A DNA stretch of 64,000 nt, from positions 1 to 64,000 of IMG/VR virus record IMGVR_UViG_3300013121_000037; one strand, given 5' to 3'. The translations under genes and the position numbers were made by a program. Of this stretch, positions 48,441 to 59,108 are shown piece by piece. The stretch is from a virus (taxonomy: Duplodnaviria > Caudoviricetes). Under the pieces are notes generated by a model, which saw nothing but the letters and a program-made list of their open reading frames with translations, was not told where the DNA came from and searched no databases. Each line of letters opens with the position of its first letter. Positions within the stretch are counted from its first letter, which is position 1.

Positions 48441-49122
48441 CACTTTTCCTCTTTTCGCGCACGCAGTTCTGCCAGACTCAACACCGTGACAATCACCGCA
48501 GTTGCCGTCCTGACAAACTTCACCACAAACACCACACCATCTGCCTGATTGACATGAAAAGTACCACCCAACGCCATCCGCTTTTTCGCGGTGAGTTTTT
48601 GATACTCCCACAGCAGTCGTTTCGTCTTCTTTCCCACGGGACGACTGCCCCGCAAGGACCGGAGAATGTCGTTGGCATCCGTACAACGAATCCGTTGCCG
48701 CCAGCGCGTCAGAGCATGATTGGAGATTAGAACAGTAGTTGAGTCTAGCATGGTTCCAGCACATCATCTTCCAGAAAAGTCCACGGGGGCGCCGCCCGGT
48801 ATGGTGCCGGGGCCGCCTGAAACCACGCCGCATCAATGAGACTGGTCGGTGTCCCGGCCTCCACCTGACAGCAGGGACACGGTTCGCCCGCATCGGCAGA
48901 TGCCAGCCAACCACTGGCACATTTCTGGTGCCGCTGTACCCAGGTAATCCTGCGCACCACCCAGCGATGCGCCCGGTAAAACTCCGTGGTCACCCGGTCA
49001 CCCACCTGGAACGGCGCTTTTTCCACAACTCCCACAACTCCCACAGTTCCCACAGTTCCCGAAGGCACTGCTGGTTCTGGTGGTTGTCGCTGTGGCTGGC
49101 GTCTGGCCATTATCGTTTGTCC

Positions 49123-49518
49123 TCAACGAAAAAGTCGCCGTGTCCCTACCGCTTGCCGCAAACCGGATTGCCGGGCGTGCTGGAGTTGTGACTGGATCCG
49201 CCAGTAGCGTTCCACCTCACCAGCCAGTTGTGGATTCTGCCGACACTGCTGCTCATATAGTTGCCGGTTGCGCTCCGTTGGGTAGAAGTCCAGCACCATC
49301 GCCCACTGAATCGCCTTCAATCCGCCCAACCGACTTAACGGTACATCGGCGTGGCCGCCAGAAAGCAACGGCACCCGCACCGTTTCCTCTGCAGGCGACT
49401 GCACCGCCACTTTCTCTGCTGGTGGCCGCACCGGTGGGCGCACCAGTGCCAGTGGCGGCAGGGAACAACCAGTCACCAGCAGGAACGACAGGCATAGCAT
49501 AAGATGGTTGGTTCGCAT
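49123..49518 (-). CDS. putative lipoprotein
   Basis: Hydrophobic N-terminus with LVTG-C lipobox. Confidence 0.5.
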   Translation of the reverse strand: MRTNHLMLCLSFLLVTGCSLPPLALVRPPVRPPAEKVAVQSPAEETVRVPLLSGGHADVPLSRLGGLKAIQWAMVLDFYPTERNRQLYEQQCRQNPQLAGEVERYWRIQSQLQHARQSGLRQAVGTRRLFR

Positions 49519-50227
49519 GGTTCACCTTCCAGGTAGACGAATACCTAACAGCGTTAGCACCAGCACCACCGGGGCCAGCAAGGACAGCGACAACCAGAAC
49601 AGCAGCACGGCGTACCAGGGGGCCAGACCACCACCCAGCACCTTGCCCATGTCCGTGCGAATCTGCTCGAAATGGCGGGCCAGCAGGGTTGCCAGCATCA
49701 GCACCAGGCCACAGTACACCCCGCCAAGAAACCACCACCACTCAGGTACCACCACCACCTCCGTTTGTTCTGTCCGCCAGCACGCTGGCACCGCGTAACC
49801 GCTGTACTTCCTCATGCAAAACATGCAACTCAGCACGAGCAATAATAACAGCATCCTGCAACCGCTCCCGATCGGCGTTAGCCAGTGACTCCCGTTCCTT
49901 GTGCAGGTTGACCTGCGCACGCAGCGTTTGCACCTCTGCCTGGAGTTCATGGCACTGCCGGACCACGGCATTCTTCGCCTCGGTCACTGCGGCCAGTTGC
50001 TGCGAAGTTTCAGAGTGACAGGCAAAGCAGATGCACTCTCCCTGCGTCCCCTGCAAGCGAAGCCCCGAGCAAAGTAAACAGCGTCTGTGCATGTTTCACT
50101 CCTCCACTGATCAAAATGCGACAGTCTAGTTTTGCGCAGTTGACTGTATCAGGGTGTTTCCATTAGGGGTCAAATCGCACCTGAAACAGGTCCGCTGCGC
50201 AAAACTAGACTGTTGCATTTTGACCAG

Positions 50228-51106
50228 TTACACCTTGACCCGCAGCAAATCCACCGCCCAGCAACCTCTGACGTGCGGACCGGCATCACCACCACAACGC
50301 GGGCAACCACCGATCACTTCCACGCTTCCGGTATACTCATCCATGCCAACCCCAGTGTTGCCACAAGTCTCGCAATTTGCTCGACGGCGTAGGTGCCGCA
50401 GTATCCTGTCCTCGCCGCACCCCGCTTCTTCCAGGGCGTCGGCAATGATGGCCAGTCGTGCCGGATCCAGTTCGCCCGTCTCCAGAGTGCCGGTGCCGTG
50501 GCAGTGCGGGCACGAATCTGCCCCCAACCCGGAAGCACAATTGCAACCGGTTTTATGCGACAGTCCCTTGCACCTATGTGGATAGGTGCATCTTCGCTGG
50601 TATGCCTCCTCGGCCAGGCGTGGGATGGTACCGTCGTTCCAGGTGAGCCAGACGTGGTTGACGGTGAGCGGGCGGAAAGGATTGCCGATGATGTCCCGGA
50701 GGAGGTTGGCTTGCGTGGCAGGTAAAACGGTTGGTCCAAACACAGTGGAAAAGACGTTGTTATGATAAATCGTCTGTCGCAATGCAACAGCAATGTCTGG
50801 GCAGGTTGCACACCACACCCAACCGTCTTCCGCTCTGGCTTGCCTTCTGGCTGTTAGCAGGCCACTGTGTGATAAATACTGGTCCGCATCCGCAAATTGT
50901 TCCGCAATTTCCACTGCCTTCTGACTGTGCTCGTTAGCCAGCAGGTTCCAGACCTGGCGACAGACGGTACAGGCGAACAGACGCAATTTCCTGTTGTCAC
51001 ACCGCCACAAAGTGCGTTCCATATCCAGCGTGCAATCAGTCTGATGCAGCAGCGTTTGCAGCATTTCCTGCGGGTCCGTGCTGGTTAACCACTCGGTTTC
51101 GGTCAT
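50228..51106 (-). CDS. Gemmata-type multicopy hypothetical protein with zinc-finger insertions (copy 2)
   Basis: MTETEWLTSTDP...LLRDIIGNPFR...IADALEEAGC...HVRGCWAVDLL. Confidence 0.7.
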   Translation of the reverse strand: MTETEWLTSTDPQEMLQTLLHQTDCTLDMERTLWRCDNRKLRLFACTVCRQVWNLLANEHSQKAVEIAEQFADADQYLSHSGLLTARRQARAEDGWVWCATCPDIAVALRQTIYHNNVFSTVFGPTVLPATQANLLRDIIGNPFRPLTVNHVWLTWNDGTIPRLAEEAYQRRCTYPHRCKGLSHKTGCNCASGLGADSCPHCHGTGTLETGELDPARLAIIADALEEAGCGEDRILRHLRRRANCETCGNTGVGMDEYTGSVEVIGGCPRCGGDAGPHVRGCWAVDLLRVKV

Positions 51107-51164
51107 CGCTGACTTCTCCACTGCGCAAACGTAGACTGTCGAGTTTTGCACACCTCTCACCAAT

Positions 51165-52868
51165 CTAGCGACGATGCAAGCCCCAACTGCGCCGGTCCTG
51201 TTGCAGTGGCCGATAGGAGGATTGCTCGCTGCTCCGCTGCGGTGGTTTATCCTCGGCATGGGGTGTCATGTTCCGCCGCGGCGTATCCACCCCTGAAGGC
51301 ACTCCCATGCTAAATCCTTCCGCGTAGGCCAAGTTCAGCGCGTCCATATCATCGGGACTGCGGCCAATCTTGTCCTTGGTGTCCCGCTTGGGTTCCACCA
51401 CCCGTCGCCCCTGACTGTCCAGCCAGTATTCCGGAGCCAGTGCCTGCTGCTTCAGTTTCTGCCGCAGCAATGGGTCCAGACGTACCAGCGACAATTCACC
51501 CCGCTTCGCTCTTTCAGCAACCGTAAACCATAATTCATCGCGTCGCCGTGGATAATCACTCGGTTTGTGCGGACTGGAGCCAGCATTGATCGGGATAACC
51601 CGGTAACCGGCCTCACGCAGGCCATCCACCACGCCACCGCCAACACCATCATCATCCACCTTGATCGGCACCTGTTTGGAAATTACCGTTTTCTGACACC
51701 ACTGCTGACTGGCCTTTTCTGCCCATTCCGTGGCCAGTTGTTTTAACCGGCCAATCGTGTGACTGGTATCCCGCTTGTTGAAGGACTCGTGTAGCAAACT
51801 GGTGCCACCCACCCGAACATGGATCGCCGTCCAGTCATCACCGAACCGGGCCACATCACAACCAATCTCGGGAACAGCATCCGCTGGCATGGGTAACACG
51901 TTCAATTCCACCGCCCCCCAGAGATTATCAGACCAGATTCCATAGGTTCCCGCAGAGGGCCAGCGCCCCAGACCGCGGGCCTCAAAGATCGGTCCGGGTC
52001 TGTACCAGCGCCCGGGCTTGCCAGTGATTGCGCTGGGTGGCCACTCAAAATCCGTGGCGGTGACTTGCTCAGGCGAGAGCGGTTCGCACCAGTCGGCTAT
52101 CCAGACCTCCACCTGATCTAGCGTCACCGCCGCCGGAATCGGTGGCTCGCGGCCCTGCACCTGAGCAATGATGTTGGGATGCTCGAGCGCCGACACCTCA
52201 AACCGGTGCCAGGCCGCTGTGCTGCTGGTGTCCTCCAGATACGCCCGACTGGTCGTATCGGTGGGATTGCAAATAGCGAGCCAGAACATGAAGGGCCGCG
52301 GTTTCCACATGGTAGCCGTGGTCGTCCAGTAGGTCGCATCCACACCGCACGCCTCATCGAATACCACCAGCATGCGCTCCGGATGCCGCCCCTGAAAACT
52401 CTCCCCTTTGGCTGCCGTGTACCCCTTGGCATAATGCTCCTGTGAGGAGGACATTTCCGGCGCCTTGGGCAGCAGGCCACCAAGTCCCACCCGCTCCCGC
52501 TGACTGCGCACCTGTGCCCAGAGCAGATCCACCACATCACGCTTGATCGGTGCCGTGGTGATGGCCAACCCCGGATCGAAGGAGTCGTAAAACCAGTTGA
52601 CCAGCACAGCGGCGAGATGGGTTTTGCCTACCGAGTGGGCCGATTTCACCAGCGTGCGATAGGGCGGGCGCAGCAGCGAACCCGCTATTTCCCGCTGCCG
52701 CTCCCACAGGTCGATTTCCAGGATGTTTCTGGCATAGGCAACCGGGTCAGTCGGGTAGGCATTGACCGGCAGACCCCGGTAATTGGTCACCTGGGGTTGG
52801 CCTCGGTTCTCCCGCAGGAGCAGTAGTTTGTCCACCTCCTGCATCTTGCGCTGCAATATGTCTGCCAT
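51165..52868 (-). CDS. terL: terminase large subunit
   Basis: Walker A SAHSVGKT, Walker B VVFDEA, nuclease GCDVARFGDD and RSPDDMDAL. Confidence 0.9.
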   Translation of the reverse strand: MADILQRKMQEVDKLLLLRENRGQPQVTNYRGLPVNAYPTDPVAYARNILEIDLWERQREIAGSLLRPPYRTLVKSAHSVGKTHLAAVLVNWFYDSFDPGLAITTAPIKRDVVDLLWAQVRSQRERVGLGGLLPKAPEMSSSQEHYAKGYTAAKGESFQGRHPERMLVVFDEACGVDATYWTTTATMWKPRPFMFWLAICNPTDTTSRAYLEDTSSTAAWHRFEVSALEHPNIIAQVQGREPPIPAAVTLDQVEVWIADWCEPLSPEQVTATDFEWPPSAITGKPGRWYRPGPIFEARGLGRWPSAGTYGIWSDNLWGAVELNVLPMPADAVPEIGCDVARFGDDWTAIHVRVGGTSLLHESFNKRDTSHTIGRLKQLATEWAEKASQQWCQKTVISKQVPIKVDDDGVGGGVVDGLREAGYRVIPINAGSSPHKPSDYPRRRDELWFTVAERAKRGELSLVRLDPLLRQKLKQQALAPEYWLDSQGRRVVEPKRDTKDKIGRSPDDMDALNLAYAEGFSMGVPSGVDTPRRNMTPHAEDKPPQRSSEQSSYRPLQQDRRSWGLHRR

Positions 52869-53259
52869 GTTCCGGTGTCTTCTCGCTCGCCTTCAGGCGG
52901 CGCTCCAGTTCATCCACCCGTGCCATCAGATGCAGAACTTCCGTGGTCTTGATCCCCTGGTCCAGGATGGCCTTTGCTGCCACATTGGCCACACTGGGAA
53001 ACTCGGAATCCAGGTTGTTATCCAGGGTCCGCACCGCCTTGCTCATCCGCGCCGCCAGTTGTCCGGCGGCCCGGTTGACCAAGTTATCCCGCTGCCGCAC
53101 CACCTCCTTGCGAAAGTCTTCTTCCAGCAGGCGCTTGTGTACAGTGCGCGCTGATACCCCCACCTTCTCGGCTGCCTTCTTGACGGTCAACCCCGAGGCC
53201 AGCAACAAGGCCAACTGCTGGTTTACCTGTCGGCGTGGTTTAGCCATAATGCGCAGCAA
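52747..53259 (-). CDS. terminase small subunit-like HTH protein
   Basis: LASGLTVKKAAEKVGVSARTV HTH directly upstream of terL. Confidence 0.65.
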   Translation of the reverse strand: MLRIMAKPRRQVNQQLALLLASGLTVKKAAEKVGVSARTVHKRLLEEDFRKEVVRQRDNLVNRAAGQLAARMSKAVRTLDNNLDSEFPSVANVAAKAILDQGIKTTEVLHLMARVDELERRLKASEKTPEHGRHIAAQDAGGGQTTAPAGEPRPTPGDQLPGSAGQCLPD

Positions 53260-53381
53260 AGAGAAACGGCGTGAATTTGTGGTTATTCATCACCCGCCTG
53301 TCCCATGATGAATACTGGCCATTTTACCAACTGGTGCTTGCCATGTCACACCGCACAAACTGCTGCGCAAAATGCTACTGT

Positions 53382-54119
53382 CTACTTTTGCGCAGTGGTT
53401 GGTTTATCCTGTCGGCACTGCGCACAGCAGACGTGGTCACCGAATACCAGATCGGCGCGGGGATAGTCCGCCCCACAATAACAGCAGTGTTCAATCTGCC
53501 CGTCCAGTCGCCAGAGTGCTGCCGCCACCCATTCCGGTGTGCGTCGGGAGCGGGACTCTGGCGAGAAACCGTACCACGTTTCCAGGTACATTTCGCACTG
53601 CCGCCGCAACTGACCGATTTCGTCCAGGGTCAGTTGATGCAGATTCACTGTTGCTGGAGAACACGCTGGAGTGGGTTGCTGGCGACCGCGGTCTTCAGGT
53701 GGGCGTTTGCTACCCGGTGGGTTGCGCCGGCCAAAGTCACCTTCGCTGCCATCGGTCTGCCAGGACTCGTGGTAGTAGGGTAAATCCGGGTCTGGCATCA
53801 TCAGGAGTCGCACAGGTGGCGTCCCCAGGATGGCCAGGTAACCAGCATGGTCATCAATCAGGATGTCGATATGGTGCTCCTGGCAGACCACCGCCTTGCA
53901 GCGTTCGCCATGAGTTTCGTAGTCGGCACAGATGACTTGCTGGGGCGGAACAGCAAACCCGTTATCGTGGCAGAAAGTGGTGGCTTTCTGGTGTGGCTTC
54001 ATGTCGCTGATAACGAACACCTCGAGCTCAGAGGAAAGCAGCAGGACTTGCACCAGCGGTCGGAAGATGTCCGGGTATTTGGACAGGCACCCGCCAATGT
54101 CGAAAGCAATCCGGGTCAT
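53382..54119 (-). CDS. HAD-superfamily (5'-nucleotidase-like) protein
   Basis: IAFDIGG motif I variant, K and ILIDD motif IV. Confidence 0.55.
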   Translation of the reverse strand: MTRIAFDIGGCLSKYPDIFRPLVQVLLLSSELEVFVISDMKPHQKATTFCHDNGFAVPPQQVICADYETHGERCKAVVCQEHHIDILIDDHAGYLAILGTPPVRLLMMPDPDLPYYHESWQTDGSEGDFGRRNPPGSKRPPEDRGRQQPTPACSPATVNLHQLTLDEIGQLRRQCEMYLETWYGFSPESRSRRTPEWVAAALWRLDGQIEHCCYCGADYPRADLVFGDHVCCAQCRQDKPTTAQK

Positions 54120-54187
54120 CTGGTTTTCCTCTTCCTGCGTGCTGCGCAAAAGTAGACTGTTGAGTTTTGACCAGTGGGTGGTATCAC

Positions 54188-54586
54188 TTAGGACCGCACC
54201 ACATACGCTTCCAGACGAATCAGGTCCGGGCGCTGCTCGGACAGATACATGCGCAGCGGTGACACCTGCTCACCTGCCTGGAGTTGTCCCACCTTCTCCC
54301 GTAACTGGAGCGTGGCCTGCCGGAATGCGGGCAGCGTGTCGTCGGCGTTGGGCGGGTCACGGAACTCCACCACCACGCAGCGCACCACCTGACCACTTAG
54401 AATGGCTCTCTGCACCGTGGTTTCTTTGGCCAGCGGTTGTGGCCAGAGAAGATCCCAGATGACATCCAGTTCACCGAACACCGGCACCCCGGACCAGACC
54501 ACCCGCTCCGTGCTGCTGCTGACAGTAGGTAATACCAGAGCGGTTGCTGCCGCGGCGGTCAAGGTGCAAAACTCACGACGATTCAT
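54188..54586 (-). CDS. protein with twin-arginine-like leader
   Basis: MNRREFCTLTAAAATALVLP. Confidence 0.5.
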   Translation of the reverse strand: MNRREFCTLTAAAATALVLPTVSSSTERVVWSGVPVFGELDVIWDLLWPQPLAKETTVQRAILSGQVVRCVVVEFRDPPNADDTLPAFRQATLQLREKVGQLQAGEQVSPLRMYLSEQRPDLIRLEAYVVRS

Positions 54587-55242
54587 GTTAGGCTCCTGTC
54601 GATGGGGTTGGCGGAGTTGGTGGAAAGTGCTGCAGCCAGTTGGGGTGCGTACGCGGCGGCCAGGGTGGCAATGGTGTTGACGTTGATGGCAAAGGCGATG
54701 TTCTCGGCACTGTCGCGGACTGCCACGTTCAGGCCAATCAGTTGCCCCTCGCTGTTGAGCAACGGACCACCCGAATTGCCCGGATTGATGCTGGCGTCGT
54801 GCTGAATCAGATCGTCCAGTACCGACCCCGTTGGCATGGTGATACGCCGCCCCAGTGCCGAGATGATGCCAGCGGTGACCGTGTTGGCATACCCCAGCGG
54901 CGACCCAATGGCCACCACGGTTTCCCCCACCAGCAGATCCGGAACCGGATGGATTTCCAGACAGGGCAGTGGTGTGGCATGATTGACCCGCACCACCGCC
55001 AGGTCATGCTCCTCACTGCGGTTCAGCACCAGGCCGGGCAAGCGCTCCCCCGTGGCCAGCACCACCTCCACATCGTCAAAAGTACCAACCACATGACGAT
55101 TGGTCAGGATGATGCCGCTTGGCGAGACAATGGCACCCGAACCAATGGAGGGACGCGAATCCGCCCGCGTGTACACGTTGATCGTCACCACAGCCGGTAA
55201 CACTTTTTCCACCACCTCGACAATGACACTGCGCCGACTCAT
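54583..55242 (-). CDS. HtrA/DegS-like trypsin serine protease without PDZ
   Basis: LTNRHVV, HDLAV, INPGNSGGPL catalytic triad. Confidence 0.9.
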   Translation of the reverse strand: MSRRSVIVEVVEKVLPAVVTINVYTRADSRPSIGSGAIVSPSGIILTNRHVVGTFDDVEVVLATGERLPGLVLNRSEEHDLAVVRVNHATPLPCLEIHPVPDLLVGETVVAIGSPLGYANTVTAGIISALGRRITMPTGSVLDDLIQHDASINPGNSGGPLLNSEGQLIGLNVAVRDSAENIAFAINVNTIATLAAAYAPQLAAALSTNSANPIDRSLT

Positions 55243-55925
55243 GACGAAATTCCTCTCTGGATAGTCAGGATAAATCGCGCCGGGCATCCTGGGGATGGTG
55301 CAGTTCCTGGCACTGCGCCGCCCGCTGCTGCAAAACCTGCCAGTATTCCGTGGTCCCGGGCAAATGTTGGGTCGGTTCCGGTTTGCTGGCCACGACATTG
55401 TCAAGCCCTGCCCCTCGCATGTTGCTCCGGCAAACCAGATGGCCAAACCGTGTCAGTACCGCAGGATCGTGATAACAGGTCCAGCACAATTGCCGGGGCC
55501 GATTGGCCACCTTCTGCTGACAGTTCCGGCACTGCGGTTTCACTGCGGACAACTCCATTTTGAAAAACGTCGGCACCAGGCACCCAGTACAACTATTTAT
55601 GGCGGATTTCCTGCAAAATTCGGTTGGCAATCCATCCCAAAGATTTGAACAGTTTGCTCCGGTCGCCGTACAGGTCTGGATAAAGCACCGTATGAGCGAG
55701 GTAGGTGCTGGCACATACCTCGCAAAACCAGAAATCATCATGGTTTCCTTCTGCCCAGCGCTCCGTCCCCTCACCGCGATAGTTTTTCAGCGGGATGCCG
55801 CGAAAACCACAGCACTCACATTCTCCTGGTGACTCTGTAGTTTGTTCCTGCTCACCCATGACAAAAACTCCTCTCCACCATTCACTGCGCAAAAGTAGAC
55901 AGTTGCATTTTGCGCAGTGAGCAGG

Positions 55926-57056
55926 CTACACCGGGGTTTCCTTGACCACGATTGGCACCAGCACATAGCGATAATGGTCCGCCGTGGTCAGCAAGGATGG
56001 CGAGGTTGCATCCTGCAAGTGCCAGGTCACCTCCTCGTCAGTCGGCAGCACCTTGAGAAAGTCCAGCACCGCCTGCGGCGCCAGGTAAATGGTGAGGGCC
56101 GGTCCCGTGAACGCGATGGGAATGGCCACCTTGGCCCGCCCCGTTTGCGGTCCCTGTGCCGACAGGGTCAACCTCCCATCCGTGAAGGCAAACTGCACCC
56201 GCCGCGTTTGCTCATCCGTCATCGTCGCCGCCTGCCGTACCGCCGTCAACAATACCCCAACCCGTACTTTGGCCGTGGCCACACAATCCTTGCTGGCTGG
56301 AATCACCGCCTGCCAGTTTGGAAAACGTCCCTCCACCAGCCGGCTATACAATAATCCCCGCTCACTCTGCACCAGTATCTCATTGGCGCGCAGCGTTACC
56401 ATGATCCGCTCGTCCGGGTCGGTCAGCAGCCGTGCCAGCAGCACCAGTGCCTTTTCTGGCACCACCGGTTGCCCCTGCGGTGGCGCAGTGCCATTGGTTT
56501 CTACCTCCTGCTCCGTCACCGCCAACCGCCGTCCATCCGTGGCCACCAGATGCAGCGCCGTCCCCCGCACATCCCAGAGAATGCCCCGGGTTGCCGTGTA
56601 ACGGGCATTCTCCTCTGCCACCGCGAACAGTGTCCTGGTAATGAATTTCTGCACGTCACTGGCCAGCAAAGAATACCCAACCAGGCCACTGACCACCGGC
56701 ATATCTGGGAAAATGCTGGGGTCTTCCCCCGGCAATTCAAACTCCGTGCTGTCAGTAACAATGGTCGTCGTGGTGTTGTCCGAGGTGATGGTCAAACTAT
56801 CGTCGGGCAACTCCCCCAAAATCGCAGTCAGTTTGGCCGCAGGCCACAGCGCCGCTCCCGCCTCCAGCACCGCCACCGAACGCAGGTCCAACCGTAGACC
56901 AATCTCGGTATCCGTGCCCTGCACCGTGATACCGTTGTCCGTGGTGGACACCTGGAAATTCGCCAGCACCGGCATGACCTGCTTGCCCGTGGGAATTACT
57001 CCCAGTATGGTCTTGCACAGTGCCAGTAGTCCCTGCCGATGTACCGTGATCTTCAT
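55926..57056 (-). CDS. dnaN: DNA polymerase III beta sliding clamp
   Basis: PVLAN...GTDTE...VATDGRRLA...SRLVEGRFPNW...YVLVP, 376 aa. Confidence 0.9.
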   Translation of the reverse strand: MKITVHRQGLLALCKTILGVIPTGKQVMPVLANFQVSTTDNGITVQGTDTEIGLRLDLRSVAVLEAGAALWPAAKLTAILGELPDDSLTITSDNTTTTIVTDSTEFELPGEDPSIFPDMPVVSGLVGYSLLASDVQKFITRTLFAVAEENARYTATRGILWDVRGTALHLVATDGRRLAVTEQEVETNGTAPPQGQPVVPEKALVLLARLLTDPDERIMVTLRANEILVQSERGLLYSRLVEGRFPNWQAVIPASKDCVATAKVRVGVLLTAVRQAATMTDEQTRRVQFAFTDGRLTLSAQGPQTGRAKVAIPIAFTGPALTIYLAPQAVLDFLKVLPTDEEVTWHLQDATSPSLLTTADHYRYVLVPIVVKETPV

Positions 57057-58970
57057 GATAATTCCTTGCCGGTTTTGAGTCGTTCCAGGTCGCGTTCCGC
57101 CCGCAAGAGTGTGTCCACCCAGGGTTCGCCTGGCTGCTGCTCGGCCAGGTCGTGGTGCCAGACCGAACCACCATAGCCGTAGTCGAGTACAAAACTCCAG
57201 CGCAGAGTATGACTGGACAGGTGCAACCGCACCGCCACGATTTGCCGCGCCCGCCGGTGAGATTGGTTGAGTTGCACCGCCAGTTTTCCCTGCGCTTTCA
57301 GGAGGGATGTCAGTCGCTGTTCAATGACAGCCTGACTCCAGGGAGCATCCTGGTAACCGTAATGCGGAAACCAGATACGCTGCTGGCCACCCACCCGGAT
57401 GTCGAACGCCTCCCGCCAGGCGTCCACCGAGTCGTTGCCAATGTCCAAAAGGGCGTAGTGAAAACGCCGCTTCAGGTCGCCCAGACTGACCACGGGCCGA
57501 ATGCTGGTCATGCCAGTGCAGGTGGGTTGGCACGATAACAGCGCCTTGACAGCGTGGGCCACCCAGGGTTGCCGCTGGCGCTCGGGCGTGTCCAGTTCCT
57601 GGGCCGAGCGCACCATCCAGGCCAGCACCCCAAGTGCCTGCTCAACGCTGTAGGGATAGGGCCAGTAGCAACCAGGGCGCACCAGTTCCACGAAGTGACA
57701 GGTAACACAGCGTTTGAGTTTGCTGAGCGCTGGCATCACTCCATCCTCTCTGCCAACCGGGTACACTCGGGTTGCGACCAGGCCACCCGCCAACCAAATA
57801 GAGACTTTGCATGCTGCCTTCCTGATAGCACATGCCATACCACCACCACAGCATTTCCCAGAGGAGAGTGCTAAATCCAGAAGTGCTCACTGCGCAAAAT
57901 GCAACTGTCTACTTTTGCCCACTCACTCAGCACCCTGCAACTCCAGCAGGCGCAGCACTCCCGCCGAATCCAGGTGCTGTTCCAGCAGGAAAATCACCTC
58001 TGGCAATTCCTGCTGCGGCACCAGTCGCAACACCTGCGCCGCCACTTCTGCCGGACTGCCCACCAGCACACCAGTTGCCTCTCTGCCGCCGAGCAGCGGC
58101 GCAGGTGACTTCTGGACCACTGCTACCTCTTTCGCTGGCAGATGGGCATCCCGCAGCGCCAGGAACTCTGCAATTGCCTCTGCACTGACTACCTTGCCCA
58201 GCAAACACCGCCGCCATCCCGACTGCAATGGCCAGGACACCCCAAGCACTTCCAGCTGCTGCCGGTTCCAACCACCATTCCGACTCATCCCCTCTTCCAG
58301 CAACTCCCGCGTTACCACTGGCATACCAGCACCTCACTGGGCAAAAGTAGACAGTTGCATTTTGCGCGATTTGTGGAAATTTTCGATGAAATTTGTGCGG
58401 ATTTCCGTGCGCACTTCTAGCGCTAGCTATTTCTTTGTCTTCTGGTCTGAGAAGACCTGTCGTGTTATCTAGCACATCATGTACCACTGAGAAGAGTAGT
58501 GGTCTGCTCCCAAAATCCTTCGGGTTCGCAGGCGGGCGCACCGACCCCGTGCGGAGTCGGTGCAAGTGGTCAAAATCCCCCTGGGACGGCAGTTCGGTTC
58601 GACCTTCCGGGGACCGGTTGGGGTTGCCAACCATGTGCCAGGACAGTGCTGCCTGGCGTGGTTTTTTAACGCTGTTCACCCGGAATTCGCACCCGTCACA
58701 GCGTCCATCGTGAGCGTTTGTCAGACCGTTTCGGCAGGCACATCTGACCGATGGAATACGAACAACCTTGACCCTTGGCGCTGTACTTGTTTGGACTTCA
58801 CCAGTCCCTTTGCCTCGGCTGTCGGTGGGTCAGATACCGTTTCCCAAATGGTGGGTGTCGTTTTGACTTCAGCAGTATCCCGCACCCGGCAACAGGCTTT
58901 TGGGATGTGCTGGTGGTCAAAATGCGACTGTCGCATTTTGACCACTGGTTAGTCGTGGCCAGAAACAAAA

Positions 58971-59052
58971 TCAGCCATTGTTTCCAGCAGTGTGACCTGC
59001 GAGTCCACCCTCACGACAGAGGTGATTCGCAACTGCTGGAAACAATGGCTGA
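58971..59052. other. long hairpin with perfect 21-bp outer stem
   Basis: TCAGCCATTGTTTCCAGCAGT...ACTGCTGGAAACAATGGCTGA with additional inner pairing. Confidence 0.8.
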
Positions 59053-59108
59053 GAGTGTATTCTCAGTGTCGTGATGCTGCTTTTCAAGTGCCGGTCAATA
59101 GCACAGAA

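Noticed and set aside
58537-58563. Resemblance to the SpCas9 tracrRNA 3' hairpin GCACCGA-GTCGGTGC
   Set aside because: Short match only; no Cas9, anti-repeat or array.
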